Shown in pieces: positions 33,994-47,171 of a stretch of 64,000 bases of DNA. Positions within the stretch are counted from its first letter, which is position 1; every line of letters begins with the position of its first letter. Under the pieces are notes generated by a model. That model made no database searches and was not told the origin of the DNA. It was given only the letters and a program-made list of their open reading frames with translations. The position numbers and the translations under genes were made by a program. Source of the stretch: an uncultured delta proteobacterium (lineage in GTDB: Bacteria; Myxococcota; Myxococcia; Myxococcales; Anaeromyxobacteraceae); NCBI GenBank assembly GCA_963845515.1, contig CAWJSR010000022.1, forward strand, positions 1-64,000, written 5' to 3'.

Positions 33994-35107
33994 CACGACT
34001 CCATGTACTCGCGGATCTGCCCCACCGTGAGCGCGCGCAGCGCGTCGCCCCGGGTGCCGCCGTGCCAGGCGCGGTACCAGCTCACGGTCCGCGCGAAGGT
34101 CTCGTCGAAGCGCCAGCGGGGCAGCCAGCCGAGCCGCGCCTGCGCCTTCTCGATGCTCAGCCGGAGGAGCCCCGCCTCGTGGGGCGCAGCCGGGTCGTGC
34201 CGGTCCTCCCAGACCCCGCTCCCCCACTCCCGGATCACCGCCTCGACCACCTCGCGCACGTTGCGCGCGTCGTCCAGGTGCGGGCCGAAGTTCCAGGGCT
34301 CGCAGTGGCTCGCCCGGTCGTACGCCCCCGTCCGCCATGAGGCGCGCGCCGAGGAGGAGGTAGCCGGAGAGCGGCTCCAGCACGTGCTGCCAGGGGCGGA
34401 CGCCCTTCGGGTTGCGGACGACGATCGGCCGTCCCTCGCCGAGCGCCGCGACGCAGTCCGGGACGATCCGGTCCCTGGCCCAGTCGCCGCCGCCGACCAC
34501 GTTGCCGGCCCGGGCGGTCGCGACCGCCACGCCGTGCGCCGCGAGCTGCGCCGGGTGGAAGAAGCTCCGGCGCCAGCTGGCGGCGACCAGCTCGGCCGCC
34601 CCCTTCGACATCGAGTAGACGTCGTGGCCGCCCATCGCCTCGTCCTCGCGGTAGCCGTAGAGCCACTCGCGGTTCTCGTAGCACTTGTCGCTCGTGACGA
34701 CGACCACGCGCGCAGGGCCGGCCGACGCGCCGGACCGCCTCGAGCAGGTGGGCCGTCCCCACGACGTTGGTCGTCAGCGTCTCGAGCGGCTGCTCGTAGG
34801 AGAGCCGGACCAGCGGCTGCGCCGCCAGATGGAAGACGACGTCGGCCTTCGCGCCGCGCAGCTCCGCCTCCAGCCGCGGCAGGTCGCGCAGGTCCGCGAG
34901 GACGGAGCTGGCGCACGCGCCACCGACGCCGGCCGCGTCGAAGAGGGTCGGCCTCGGCTCCGGCGCGAGCGCGTAGCCGAAGACCTCCGCCCCCAGCTCC
35001 TTCAGCCAGAGCGCGAGCCAGCCGCCCTTGAAGCCGGTGTGGCCGGTGAGGAAGACGCGCCTCCCGGCGTACGCGCGGCGCAGCTCGTCGGCCGTGGGGG
35101 TGGACAT
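33993..35107 (-). CDS. rfbG: CDP-glucose 4,6-dehydratase; frameshifts near 34710 and 34325
   Basis: FLTGHTGFKGGWL, AAQPLVRLSY, TSDKCYEN, RPWQHVLEPL, WNFGP, HEAGLLRL. Confidence 0.92.
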
Positions 35108-35890
35108 CACCAGGTCTTCCAGGGCGCCTTGCCGCTCGCCCAGAGCTCGTTGAGCGTGCCGTACTCGCGCGCCGTGTCCATGGGCTGCCAGAAGCCGGTG
35201 TGCGGGAAGGCGACCAGCTCGCCGGTCGCGGGCGAGGGCACGGAGCGGCTCCCCTCGAGGACCGTGCGAGGGCTTGTCCCCGAGGTAGGGCCAGATCCGC
35301 CGCCCGTCGAGGACGAAGAAGCCGCCGTTGATGAACCCCTCGGTCGCCTGCGGCTTCTCGTTGAACTCCGTCACCTTGCCGCCGTCGATCATCATCTCGC
35401 CGAAGCGCCCGGGCGGGCGGACGGCGGTGACGGTCGCGACCCGGCCGTGGCTCCGGTGCGTGGCGAGGGTGGCGCCGACGTCCACGTCGGAGACGCCGTC
35501 GCCGTACGTGAGCAGGAAGGGCTCGTCCCCCTCGACGTACTTGCGCACGGCGGCCACGCGCCCGCCGGTCATCGTCGCGTCGCCGGTCTCGGCGAGCGTG
35601 ACGCGCCAGTCCTCCTCGTCGTGCCGCCCGAGCACCTCGACCGCCCCGTGCTGGCCGAGCGTCACGGTCAGGTCGGTCGTCATCGCCTTGTAGTTGAGGA
35701 AGAACTCCTTGATGAGCCAGCCCTTGTAGCCGAGGCAGAGGACGAAGTCCTTCACGCCGTAGCGGGCGTAGGTCTTCATGATGTGCCAGATGATCGGCTT
35801 GCCGCCGATGGGGAGCATCGGCTTCGGCAGCAGCTCGTTGGCGTCGCGGATGCGGGTGCCCTGCCCGCCGCAGAGGATGACGGCCTTCAT
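35107..35890 (-). CDS. rfbF: Glucose-1-phosphate cytidylyltransferase; frameshift near 35265
   Basis: [53 protein letters not shown]. Confidence 0.92.
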
Positions 35891-35953
35891 GGTGTGAGCC
35901 TCGTGCCCCGGTGTGGCTCGCGGGAGCGGGCTCCCGCGGGAATCGGGCGGAGT

Positions 35954-37136
35954 CTAGCGGATCTTGGGCGGGAGTCGAGCGACCCCGACCGCCTCGCGGA
36001 CGATGGCCGCGTAGGTCTCGGCGAAGGCGCGGCGGCGGGACGGGAGACGGCCCGCCGCCGCCTCGGCCGCAGCGCGCTCCGCCGCCGGATCGAAGCGCTC
36101 CCACGCGCTCGAGATCAGCTCCGCCAGCGCCTCGGCGCTGTCCGGATCGAAGAAGGTGCCCCGCTCGGGGGCCTGCTCGCGGTGGACGTCGATGTCCGAC
36201 AGGAGGATCGCCTTCCCGAGCGACTTCGCCTCCTCCACCGAGGTGCTCCACCCCTCGAAGCGCGACGGGTTGATCATCGCCACGGCGCCGCGCTCCAGAC
36301 TGGCCAGGTCGGCGTAGGGGACGACCCCGAGGCACTGGAACTGGTCCTCGACCCCGAGCCTCGTCGCGCAGCTTCATCAGCTCGCCGAAGAAGCCGGGCT
36401 GCCGGTAGTCCCCGGGGTTGCCGGTCGCGAGGACCCGCACCTTGCGCCCGCGCCCCGCGAGGATCTTCAGGGCCCGCAGGATCACCGCGTGGTTCTTGTG
36501 CGCCCAGAACTGGTTGGGGACCAGCAGGTAGCGCCCGTGGAAGCCGTACCGGGCGGCCAGCGCCTCCGCGTCGACCGTCGCCGCCTCGGCGGCCGACGCA
36601 TCGACGAAGCGCAGGACCCGCACCTTCCCGGCTGAGGACGGGAAGAACGCCTCCAGGTCGCGCCTCGCGCACTCGCTGCTCGCCACGATCAGCGTGGAGT
36701 TGCGGCAGGAGCGCTCGAAGGTGCGGTCGCGGTTGGCGATGGAGGACGCGTCGAAGAGCTGGGGCAGCCGGCGGTGCTGCACGTCGGCGAGCCAGGAGAC
36801 GACCGGCACGTGGAGCGGGCCGCGCAGCGGCTCCGAGTGGGAGAGCGCGTCGATCCCGTGCTTCCGCAGCAGCCGCTCGAGGAGCACGTCCCGGCCCGCC
36901 ACCTCGCGCACGGCGCGCCGGACCCGCCCCGGCACCGAGGAGCGGTCGAAGATCCCCGAGGCGATCCGCTCGGTCCCCGGCGCCTCCAGCAACCCCGCGC
37001 GCCCGCGCGGGTCGAGGACCACCGGCTCGATGCCGACCCGTTCCCGGACGACCGTCGCGATCAGGTTCCGGACGTAGTTGAGCCCGCCAAGCCAGCTCGA
37101 CCAGGACGCCGGGACGGCGAAGCCGACCCGGATCAT
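35954..37136 (-). CDS. Glycosyltransferase family 4; frameshifts near 36360 and 36295
   Basis: WLGGLNYVRNL, DVQHRRLP, PNQFWAHKNH, PSRFEGWSTSVEEAK. Confidence 0.85.
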
Positions 37137-38057
37137 CCCGCCAGCTCGCCCGCGAAGAGCTTCTCCGACGAGGTGCTCGCGCCCCGTCGTCACGTCCACG
37201 AGCGGGAGGTCGCGCAGCAGCGCCAGCTTCTCGGCGCGGCCGCGCAGGAACGAGAGCGAGCCGTCCGCGCTGCGCGACTCGCAGAACCGGCTCGCGACGA
37301 AGGCCGCGGCCGCGGCCAGCGGCTGCAGCGGCCCGAGCAGGTCGGCGCGCACGAAGAAGGCGTTGTTCCCGGCGCTGTTGCAGCCGACCAGCCGGTACCC
37401 CTTGCGCTCGGCGAGGGCGGTGAGGGCCGGCAGCGACGCGCCATAGTAGAGGTTGGAGAAGTGGGCCGCGCTCCTGGTGAAGTCGGCCTTGTAGGGGACC
37501 GACAGCGCCTTCTCGGCCCCGAAGAGCGCGTTGTACTCGACGATCAGGATGGCCGGGCTCACCGCCTGGATCGCCTCTAGCACCCAGTAGTCGTTCCCGT
37601 CGATGTCCACCGACAGGAGGCCGATGTCGCCGCGGGCCCCCGACGCCGTGAGCAGCCCGTCGATGTTCTCCCGCGTGATGAAGGCCTGGACGGTCCGCAG
37701 ATCGTGCCGCCAGGTGAGCCCCATCCGGGCGGTGAACTCGTGGTGGGCGGCCCCGCCGTCGATGATGATCCCGCGCCAGTTGTCGTTGACGAGCAGGAAG
37801 CGGGTGTTCGCCTCCGCGTAGCTCTCGACGCCGAACTCGACGAAGAGCTCGTTCGCGACGGGCACCTTCCCGAGGAGGTACTGGATGATCCCATCCTCGC
37901 CCCACTGCGAGAAGACCTTGAACTCGGCGGCGCGCAGCGGGCCGGGCGGGAGGGCCCGGGCGCGGTGCGCGTGGAGCCGTCCGACCTCGGCGCGCAGCTG
38001 CTCGAAAGCCTTGGAGTCCACGCCGTGGTCGCGGCGTCGCGTCTTGAGGAAGCTCAT
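37133..38057 (-). CDS. Conserved FkbM-like / methyltransferase-fold protein of polysaccharide loci; one extra base near 37162 removes its stop
   Basis: EFKVFSQWGEDGII, FVEFGV, LLSVDIDGNDYW, VEYN, GNNAFFVR. Confidence 0.75.
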
Positions 38058-39031
38058 GATCTCGGTCTCCCGGCGTCGCGCCGCAGGGCGCTCACGGTGA
38101 GGCGCTTGAGGAAGCGGGGAAGCGCCTTCAGGTACTCGGCGTCCGCGGCGTAGCTGCTCGCCGCCGCGAGGGTGCTCCAATACCCGATCCGCGGGAGGTA
38201 GAGCGACTCGAGGCGACCGAGGTACTGCCGCGCGAGCATCCGGCGGACGCCGCGGAGCAGCTCCCCGCGCGGCGCGGGCGCGAGCGTGGCGAGCGCCCTC
38301 CGCGCGACCGGATCGCCTTCGAGGTGGCGCCGGAACTCCGCGGCGGAGAGCGCGAGCCGCTCCGGCGCGAGGCTCATCCCGTAGCTGGTGGCGTAGACGC
38401 GGTAGCGGAAGAGCGCCTCGCGGCCGAAGGCGACGCTCCCGGCCGTCGCGGCGACGATGAGCGGCGCGTTCTCCGCGTTGGCGCCGTCGGCGAACTCGGC
38501 GAAGCCGCCGGCGGCCCGCAGCGAGGCCGTGCGCCAGAAGCCGGAGATGAAGCTCGGGGACCAGGCCGGGGTCCGGCGCCAGAGCCAGTCGAGGACGAAC
38601 CGGACCCCCTCGCACTCCTCCCACTCCGGCACCGGGAGCGAGCCGGTCGTCGTGCCTCGCTCGTCCATCGTCTCCGCGCGGGGGAGCGCCATCACCGCCG
38701 AAGGGTGGCGCTCCATCGCGGTGGCGAGCACCTCTGCGAAGTCGGGCGAGATCAGGTCGTCGTCGGAGACGACGACGAAGTAGTCGCCGCGCGCCTCGGC
38801 CAGGCACTGGTTGAAGTGGACGGCCATCGGTACGGTGGCGGCGTTCCGGCGGTACCGGAGCCGCGGATCCCGCAGCGCGTCCACGACCCGCACCGTCTCC
38901 GGGTCGGACCCGTTGTCGGAGAGGATCACCTCCAGCGACGGCCACCCCTGCGCGAGGACGCTCGCGAGCGTCTCGCGGAGCATCTTCGGGCGGGAGACGG
39001 TCGGGACGACCACGGTGACGAGGGCGCTCAC
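38054..39031 (-). CDS. Glycosyltransferase family 2
   Basis: VTVVVPT, ILSDNGS, VSDDD. Confidence 0.85.
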   Translation of the reverse strand: MSALVTVVVPTVSRPKMLRETLASVLAQGWPSLEVILSDNGSDPETVRVVDALRDPRLRYRRNAATVPMAVHFNQCLAEARGDYFVVVSDDDLISPDFAEVLATAMERHPSAVMALPRAETMDERGTTTGSLPVPEWEECEGVRFVLDWLWRRTPAWSPSFISGFWRTASLRAAGGFAEFADGANAENAPLIVAATAGSVAFGREALFRYRVYATSYGMSLAPERLALSAAEFRRHLEGDPVARRALATLAPAPRGELLRGVRRMLARQYLGRLESLYLPRIGYWSTLAAASSYAADAEYLKALPRFLKRLTVSALRRDAGRPRS

Positions 39032-39967
39032 GGCTCGCCTCGCTGCGAGCGCTCGAGGAACCACCCGCAGTACTCGGCGATCCCGTCGGCCCAGCGGACC
39101 TGCGGGCTCCAGCCCCACGCGCGCGCGCGCGCGGGATCGGCCACCAACCGCTCCGGGTCGCCGGCGCGGACCTGGCCGTTGAAGACGGGCGCGGCGGCGC
39201 CGAGCCTCCGGGCGATGAGCCCGACCACCTCGTCGACCGTCGCCGCCTCCCCCGTGCCGCCGTTGACCACAGGGCAGTCGGTCGCGGCGTGCGCCGCTGC
39301 GACCTCGAGCAGGGCCGCGGCGTCGCGCACGTGGACCCAGTCCCGCGCCTCGCGCCCCGTGCCGCCGAACCCCGTCTCGCCGCGCGACAGCTTGTTGCAC
39401 CCGTCCCAGAGCAGCTGCTTCCGCAGCAGGGGCCCGTAGACGGAGAAGAGCCGCACGATGGCGCAGCGGAGGCCGAAGCTCCTCGCCTGGAGGCGGCAGA
39501 GCTCCTCCGCCATCAGCTTGTGCGTGGCGTAGATCGACTCCGGCTGCGCGGCCCGCTCCTCGCGGACGGGCCGGGGGCCGGTGTCCCCGTAGACGCCCGC
39601 GCTCGAGACCAGGACGACCGACGGGGCGTGGCGCGCGGACCGGGCCCACTCGAGCAGGGCGGCCGTCGACGACACCGAGCGCTCGAAAGTCCTCGTGCGG
39701 GCTCTCGAGGGCGAAGCGGACCGACGCCCCGCCGGCGCAGTGGAAGACCGTGTCAGGCTCGCCGGCGGTGACGAGCGAGCCCAGGTCGACGCGACCGGGG
39801 ATCCAGCGAGAGAGCCCCCACGCCTCCCACTCTTCTCGGGGCCAGTCGCCGTACCCGACCCCGGTCACGGCCCAGCCGCCGGAGGCCAGCCGGCGCGAGA
39901 GGTGCCGGCCGATGAAGCCATGGGCCCCCGTCACCAGGGCACGACGCTGGGTCACCGCAGGCTCCAC
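39028..39967 (-). CDS. NAD-dependent epimerase/dehydratase; frameshift near 39685
   Basis: LVTGAHGFIG, SSAGVYG, YATHK, RLFSVYGP, RKQLLWD. Confidence 0.85.
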
Positions 39968-40012
39968 GAGTGGGGCCTTTCTAGCGGGCTCCGTGAAACG
40001 GGGTCAAGCGGC

Positions 40013-40984
40013 TCACCTCTTCAGCCCGACTGCGCGACGGAAAGCGTCCCAGCGCCGCTTGAACCGCCGGCTGAGCCGCTGCTCCTTCTGGTACCAGCTT
40101 CGCACGCGCTCGAGGCCGCTGCCGTTGTCGAACTGGATCCTGTCTCCCTCGGCGTCCCAGGCGACGGAGCGGGGATGCCGGAGGAGTCCGATGTCCTCGG
40201 TCGGAAGGTTGGCCCGGCCCAAGGGGTCCTGGCGGGTATGGGTCGCCTCCGCCCCGAAGCCGATGTTGGAGACCAGGTTCACGCCGGGGATCGCGGTGAG
40301 CCCGCCGCCCGCCATGCAGGCGTACATCCACTGATAGTCCCAGATGCTGAGCGTCCCCTCCACACGCAGCTTCTCGAAGATGGCTCGGAAGTACGCGGCG
40401 ACCGCCGGGTCCGGGAAGAGCCGCTCGAGCCCGCCGTCGTCGCGGAACGCGGGCCAGGTGGTCATCTCCCCGTCGTACTGCCTCCAGGCACGGCGCCAGC
40501 TCGCCCATCCCCAGGTCGTCGCGAAGCGCGAGAAGTAGTAGGACGCGTCCCCCTTCCAGGCTCCGCGTAGGAAGCTCGCGCCGGCGATCATCCAGACGTC
40601 GGGTGTGTCGCGGTAGCGCGCGAGCAGGTCGTCGCAGTACCGGAAGAAGGACGGGTGGGGCAGGCAGTCGTCCTCGAGGATGATCGCCTCCTCCACCTGC
40701 CCGAACGCCCAGTCGATCCCGCTCACCGGGCGCCGCCGGCAGCCCAGGTTGACGTCGGAGAAGTTGCGCAGGACCTCGCAAGGCCAGTCGACGCGGTCGA
40801 CGATGGCACGCGTCCGCTCGCAGGCCTCGCGCTCGGCCTCGTCGCGCGCACCATCCGCCACGAGGAGCAGCTTCGGAGGGCGGGCGGCGCGGATCTGCTC
40901 GAAGACCCTCGCCGTCGTGTCGGCCCGCTTGAAGAGGATCAGGACGACCGGCGACTTGCAGCGGTAGGGCGCTTCGGTGCTCAT
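40013..40984 (-). CDS. GT-A fold glycosyltransferase (HlpA-like family)
   Basis: LILFKR, LVADG, NLGC, IILEDDCLP, WGWASWRRAW, WDYQW, NLVSNIGFG. Confidence 0.85.
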   Translation of the reverse strand: MSTEAPYRCKSPVVLILFKRADTTARVFEQIRAARPPKLLLVADGARDEAEREACERTRAIVDRVDWPCEVLRNFSDVNLGCRRRPVSGIDWAFGQVEEAIILEDDCLPHPSFFRYCDDLLARYRDTPDVWMIAGASFLRGAWKGDASYYFSRFATTWGWASWRRAWRQYDGEMTTWPAFRDDGGLERLFPDPAVAAYFRAIFEKLRVEGTLSIWDYQWMYACMAGGGLTAIPGVNLVSNIGFGAEATHTRQDPLGRANLPTEDIGLLRHPRSVAWDAEGDRIQFDNGSGLERVRSWYQKEQRLSRRFKRRWDAFRRAVGLKR

Positions 40985-41077
40985 GGCCGGCGGAAGATCG
41001 CATGTCCCATCCGCGTCATCAAGGTCGCCAGCTCCCGCGGATGGCCGCCTCGTCTGTGCTACTTTTCCGCCCGCCAT

Positions 41078-42595
41078 ATGACCTCCCTCACCGTCCTCGT
41101 CCCCGTCTACAACGAGCAGCACCTCGTCGCGACCTCGCTCGCCCGCCTGGAGGTGCTGGAGACCAGCCCCCATCTGGAGCGGATCCAGGTGATCGTCGTC
41201 GACGACTCGTCGAAGGACCGCAGCCCCCAGGTCCTGGCCGCCTTCGCGGCCGAGCGCGGCATCGCCCTCGCGCCCCCTTCGCCCCACGCGCCGCGCGGGT
41301 CCTCCGCCGAGCTGCCCCCGGCCGTCGAGCGGGGACGCGGCCGGAAGGGGAAGATCGACTGGCTCTTCCTGCGCCACGCGCGGAACGGCGGCAAGGGGGC
41401 GGCGATCCGGACCGGCCTCGCGCGCGCCGACGCCGCCATCACCATCTTCCACGACGCGGATCTCGAGTATCACCCGAAGGACATCGCGAGGATCGTCGCG
41501 GTCTTCGTGGAGGACGAGGCGGACGCGGTCTTCGGCTCGCGCTTCGCCGGCGGCGCCGCCCGGCGCGCGCTCCTCTTCCGCCACGAGCTTGGAAACAGGC
41601 TCCTCACGTTCCTCACGAACCTCGTGACCAACGTGAACCTCACGGACATGGAGACCTGCTACAAGGCCGTCCGCACGGACCTCCTCAAGTCGCTCCCGAT
41701 CGTCTCCAACGACTTCCGGCTCGAGCCCGAGCTGACGATCAAGCTCGCGAAGCGCGAGGCGCGGATCTTCGAGGTCCCCATCAGCTACTCGGGGCGGACC
41801 TACCAGGAGGGGAAGAAGATCGGCCTCAAGGACGGCTTCCTCGCGCTGGGCGCCATCGTCCGCTTCTGGCTCTCCGACCAGCTCTTCACGAAGGACGAGT
41901 ACGGCTCCGAGATCCTCGGCCGGCTCGCGCGCGCGCCCCGCTTCAACGCGTGGATGGCGGACGTCATCCGGCCGCTCTGCGGCCAGCGGGTCCTGGAGAT
42001 CGGCAGCGGCACCGGCAACCTGACCCGGCAGCTCGTGCCGCGCGACCGCTACGTCGCCTCGGACATCAACCCGCTCTACGTGGCCTCGCTCGCCAGCCTC
42101 ACGTCGGACCGTCCCTACCTCGACGTCCAGTTCACCGACGTGACCCGCAAGGAGACCTTCCCGAGGACCGGGGCCGACTTCGACACCGTCATCTGCCTGA
42201 ACGTCCTCGAGCACGTCGAGGACGACCAGGGCTCGCTGGAGAACATCCGCGCGGTCCTGCGGCCCGGCGGCCACGCCCTCATCCTCGTCCCGCGCGGCCC
42301 CGGCCTCCTCGGCACGCTCGACGAGGTGCTCGGCCACCGCCGGCGCTACACCCCGGAGTCGCTGAGGGCGGTCGCTGCGGCGGCCGGCTTCGACGTGAAG
42401 GAGATCCACACCTTCAACCGGATCGGGACGCCAGCCTGGTGGCTCAACGGCAAGATGCTGCGCCGGCGCAGCTTCGGCCTCTTCCAGATCTGGATGCTCA
42501 ACCTGCTCACGCCGCTCTTCCGCCGCGTCGACCGGTTCCTCCCGTTCCCGCCGCTGTCGCTGATCGCGGTCCTCGAGCCGCGGCGCCAGCCGTGA
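41078..42595 (+). CDS. Bifunctional GT2 (DPM-synthase-like) / class I SAM methyltransferase
   Basis: VPVYNE, DADLEY, TDMETCYK, VPISYSGR, then VLEIGSGTG and NVLEHVEDD in one intact ORF. Confidence 0.88.
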   Translation: MTSLTVLVPVYNEQHLVATSLARLEVLETSPHLERIQVIVVDDSSKDRSPQVLAAFAAERGIALAPPSPHAPRGSSAELPPAVERGRGRKGKIDWLFLRHARNGGKGAAIRTGLARADAAITIFHDADLEYHPKDIARIVAVFVEDEADAVFGSRFAGGAARRALLFRHELGNRLLTFLTNLVTNVNLTDMETCYKAVRTDLLKSLPIVSNDFRLEPELTIKLAKREARIFEVPISYSGRTYQEGKKIGLKDGFLALGAIVRFWLSDQLFTKDEYGSEILGRLARAPRFNAWMADVIRPLCGQRVLEIGSGTGNLTRQLVPRDRYVASDINPLYVASLASLTSDRPYLDVQFTDVTRKETFPRTGADFDTVICLNVLEHVEDDQGSLENIRAVLRPGGHALILVPRGPGLLGTLDEVLGHRRRYTPESLRAVAAAAGFDVKEIHTFNRIGTPAWWLNGKMLRRRSFGLFQIWMLNLLTPLFRRVDRFLPFPPLSLIAVLEPRRQP

Positions 42596-42629
42596 TTTCG
42601 CAGTCACCCGTCAGGGTGAGGAGGCCAGG

Positions 42630-43937
42630 ATGAAGATCGCAGTCATCGGCACCGGCTACGTCGGCCTCGTCACCGGCACCTGCTTCGCGGAGTCCGGCCA
42701 CCGCGTCACCTGCGTCGACCTCGACCCGAAGAAGATCGAGCTGCTCCGCGGCGGCGGCATCCCCATCTACGAGCCGGGGCTGGAGGAGCTGGTCCGGCGG
42801 AACGCGAAGGAGGGGCGGCTCGCCTTCACCACCTCCACCGCCGAGGCGATGAAGGGGACCGAGGTCGCGTTCATCGCGGTGGGCACGCCGCCGGGCGAGC
42901 ACGGCGACGCGGATCTCACCTACGTCCTCGCCGCCGCCGAGCAGATCGCCCGCGCCATCGAGCCGGGGCGCTACACCGTGGTGGTCAACAAGAGCACCGT
43001 GCCGGTCGGGAGCGCCGAGCAGGTCGCCGCGGCGGTCGAGCAGGCCAACCCCGCCGCCACCTTCGACGTCGTCTCCAACCCCGAGTTCCTCAAGGAGGGG
43101 GCGGCGATCGACGACTTCATGCGGCCCGACCGCGTCGTCGTCGGCTGCGCCTCCGACCGCGCGCAGGCGGTGATGACCGAGCTCTACGCGCCCTTCGTCC
43201 GGGCCGAGCAGCCGGTCCTCTTCATGGACCTGCGCTCCGCCGAGCTGACGAAGTACGCGGCCAACGCGATGCTCGCGACCCGCATCTCCTTCATGAACGA
43301 GGTCGCGGCCCTCTGCGACAAGCTCGGCGCGGACGTCGACAACGTCCGGCGCGGCGTCGGCTCCGACAAGCGGATCGGCCAGCCGTTCCTCTTCCCAGGC
43401 ATCGGCTTCGGTGGGAGCTGTTTTCCCAAGGATGTTCGGGCACTCATGACCACCGCCCGCCACCTCGGGCTCGACTTCGACCTGCTCCGCGCCGTCGAGC
43501 GCGTGAACGAGCGGCAGAAGCGGTCGCTGGTCGAGAAGGCGATGAAGCGGTTCGGCTCGCTCTCGGGCAAGACCTTCGGCGTCTGGGGGCTCGCGTTCAA
43601 GCCCCGCACCGACGACATGCGCGAGGCCCCGGCCCTCGCGGTCATCGAGGGGCTCGTCGGGAACGGCGCGAAGGTCCGCGCCTTCGACCCGGTCGCGCGC
43701 GAGGTGGCCTCTGGGATCTTCAGGGGGCGGGTGGAGCTGGTGGAGGAGCCCTACGAGGCCGCCGCCGGGACCGACGCGCTCTTCCTCGTCACCGAGTGGA
43801 GCGAGTTCAGGCAGCCCGACTTCGAGAAGCTGGCCGCGCGGATGAAGGGGCGCGTCCTCTTCGACGGCCGGAACATCTGGGACGCGAAGAAGGCCAGGGC
43901 GGCCGGCTTCGAGTACTTCGGCATCGGCCGGCGCTAA
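42630..43937 (+). CDS. ugd: UDP-glucose 6-dehydrogenase
   Basis: IGTGYVG, SNPEFLKEG, GFGGSCFPKD, GLAFKP. Confidence 0.94.
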   Translation: MKIAVIGTGYVGLVTGTCFAESGHRVTCVDLDPKKIELLRGGGIPIYEPGLEELVRRNAKEGRLAFTTSTAEAMKGTEVAFIAVGTPPGEHGDADLTYVLAAAEQIARAIEPGRYTVVVNKSTVPVGSAEQVAAAVEQANPAATFDVVSNPEFLKEGAAIDDFMRPDRVVVGCASDRAQAVMTELYAPFVRAEQPVLFMDLRSAELTKYAANAMLATRISFMNEVAALCDKLGADVDNVRRGVGSDKRIGQPFLFPGIGFGGSCFPKDVRALMTTARHLGLDFDLLRAVERVNERQKRSLVEKAMKRFGSLSGKTFGVWGLAFKPRTDDMREAPALAVIEGLVGNGAKVRAFDPVAREVASGIFRGRVELVEEPYEAAAGTDALFLVTEWSEFRQPDFEKLAARMKGRVLFDGRNIWDAKKARAAGFEYFGIGRR

Positions 43938-43957
43938 GTGCGGCCGGTCGAGCTGGC

Positions 43958-44653
43958 CTAGGCGTCCGGCGTCCGCCCGCGCGAGAGCACGAGCAGCACC
44001 GAGGCGACCTCGGACTTCACGATCTCCAGCCGCTTCGCGACGTCGACCGCCTCGAGGATCCGCTGGCGCCCCGAGGGGTCGCCGACTGCCGCGGCCGCGA
44101 CGATGTCGGCGACCGCGCCCGGCAGCTTGAGGTGGGCGACCGCGTGGGCGAGCTGGCCGACCCCGGACTCCTCCGGCAGGACGCCGACCAGATCCAGGAT
44201 CAGCTGTCCGAGCGCCTCGACCTCGTCCGAGAGCACGCCCGGGCCGCCGGGCGGGTAGACGTCGTCCAGGACCTCGGACTGGAACTCACGGTAGGGCTTC
44301 GCGTGCTCCAGCTCCTTCACGAGCCGGACGCGGGCGATGCCGCGAACCAGGATGTCGTAGCGACCGTCCGGGTAGGCCTGCTCCGCCTCGATCCGGACCG
44401 CGCCAGCGATCGGGTGGACCTCGGCACGCTCCTGCTGCGCCGCCTCCTCGGAGACGAGCATCGGGATGGCGAGGATCCGGTCGGTCGCGAGCGCCTCGCC
44501 GATGAGCGCGCGGTAGCGCGGCTCGTAGATGCGGAGCGGGAGCGGCGCGCCCGGGAAGAGGGTCACGCCGGGGAGCGGCAAGATCTTGAGGGCGGCGCTC
44601 GCGCTCGCAAGCGCCGCCCCAGGATCCAGTGTCGGAGCCCTGCGCTCCGCCAT
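43958..44653 (-). CDS. LON peptidase substrate-binding (N-domain-only) protein
   Basis: LPLPGVTLFPG, LRIYEPRY, DGRYDILVRG. Confidence 0.85.
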   Translation of the reverse strand: MAERRAPTLDPGAALASASAALKILPLPGVTLFPGAPLPLRIYEPRYRALIGEALATDRILAIPMLVSEEAAQQERAEVHPIAGAVRIEAEQAYPDGRYDILVRGIARVRLVKELEHAKPYREFQSEVLDDVYPPGGPGVLSDEVEALGQLILDLVGVLPEESGVGQLAHAVAHLKLPGAVADIVAAAAVGDPSGRQRILEAVDVAKRLEIVKSEVASVLLVLSRGRTPDA

Positions 44654-44659
44654 CCTCGG

Positions 44660-47074
<2,415 letters not shown>

Positions 47075-47125
47075 GACGTGGACACTTCCCTTCGCAGCGA
47101 GTGCGAAGCGCTATTAGAAAGACGA

Positions 47126-47151
47126 GGCGCGGCGCAGAGTTGCGCCGCGCC
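47126..47151 (-). other. Perfect 11-bp hairpin in the hppA leader
   Basis: GGCGCGGCGCA-GAGT-TGCGCCGCGCC; followed on the minus strand by TCGTCTTTCT. Confidence 0.6.
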
Positions 47152-47171
47152 GACGGTCAAAGGGCGGGCGC

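Noticed and set aside
33993..38945. 1650-aa ORF suggesting a giant fusion protein
   Set aside because: Chimera of out-of-frame text, the FkbM-like gene, GT4 and the rfbG tail, joined by indels and stop-poor GC-rich frames
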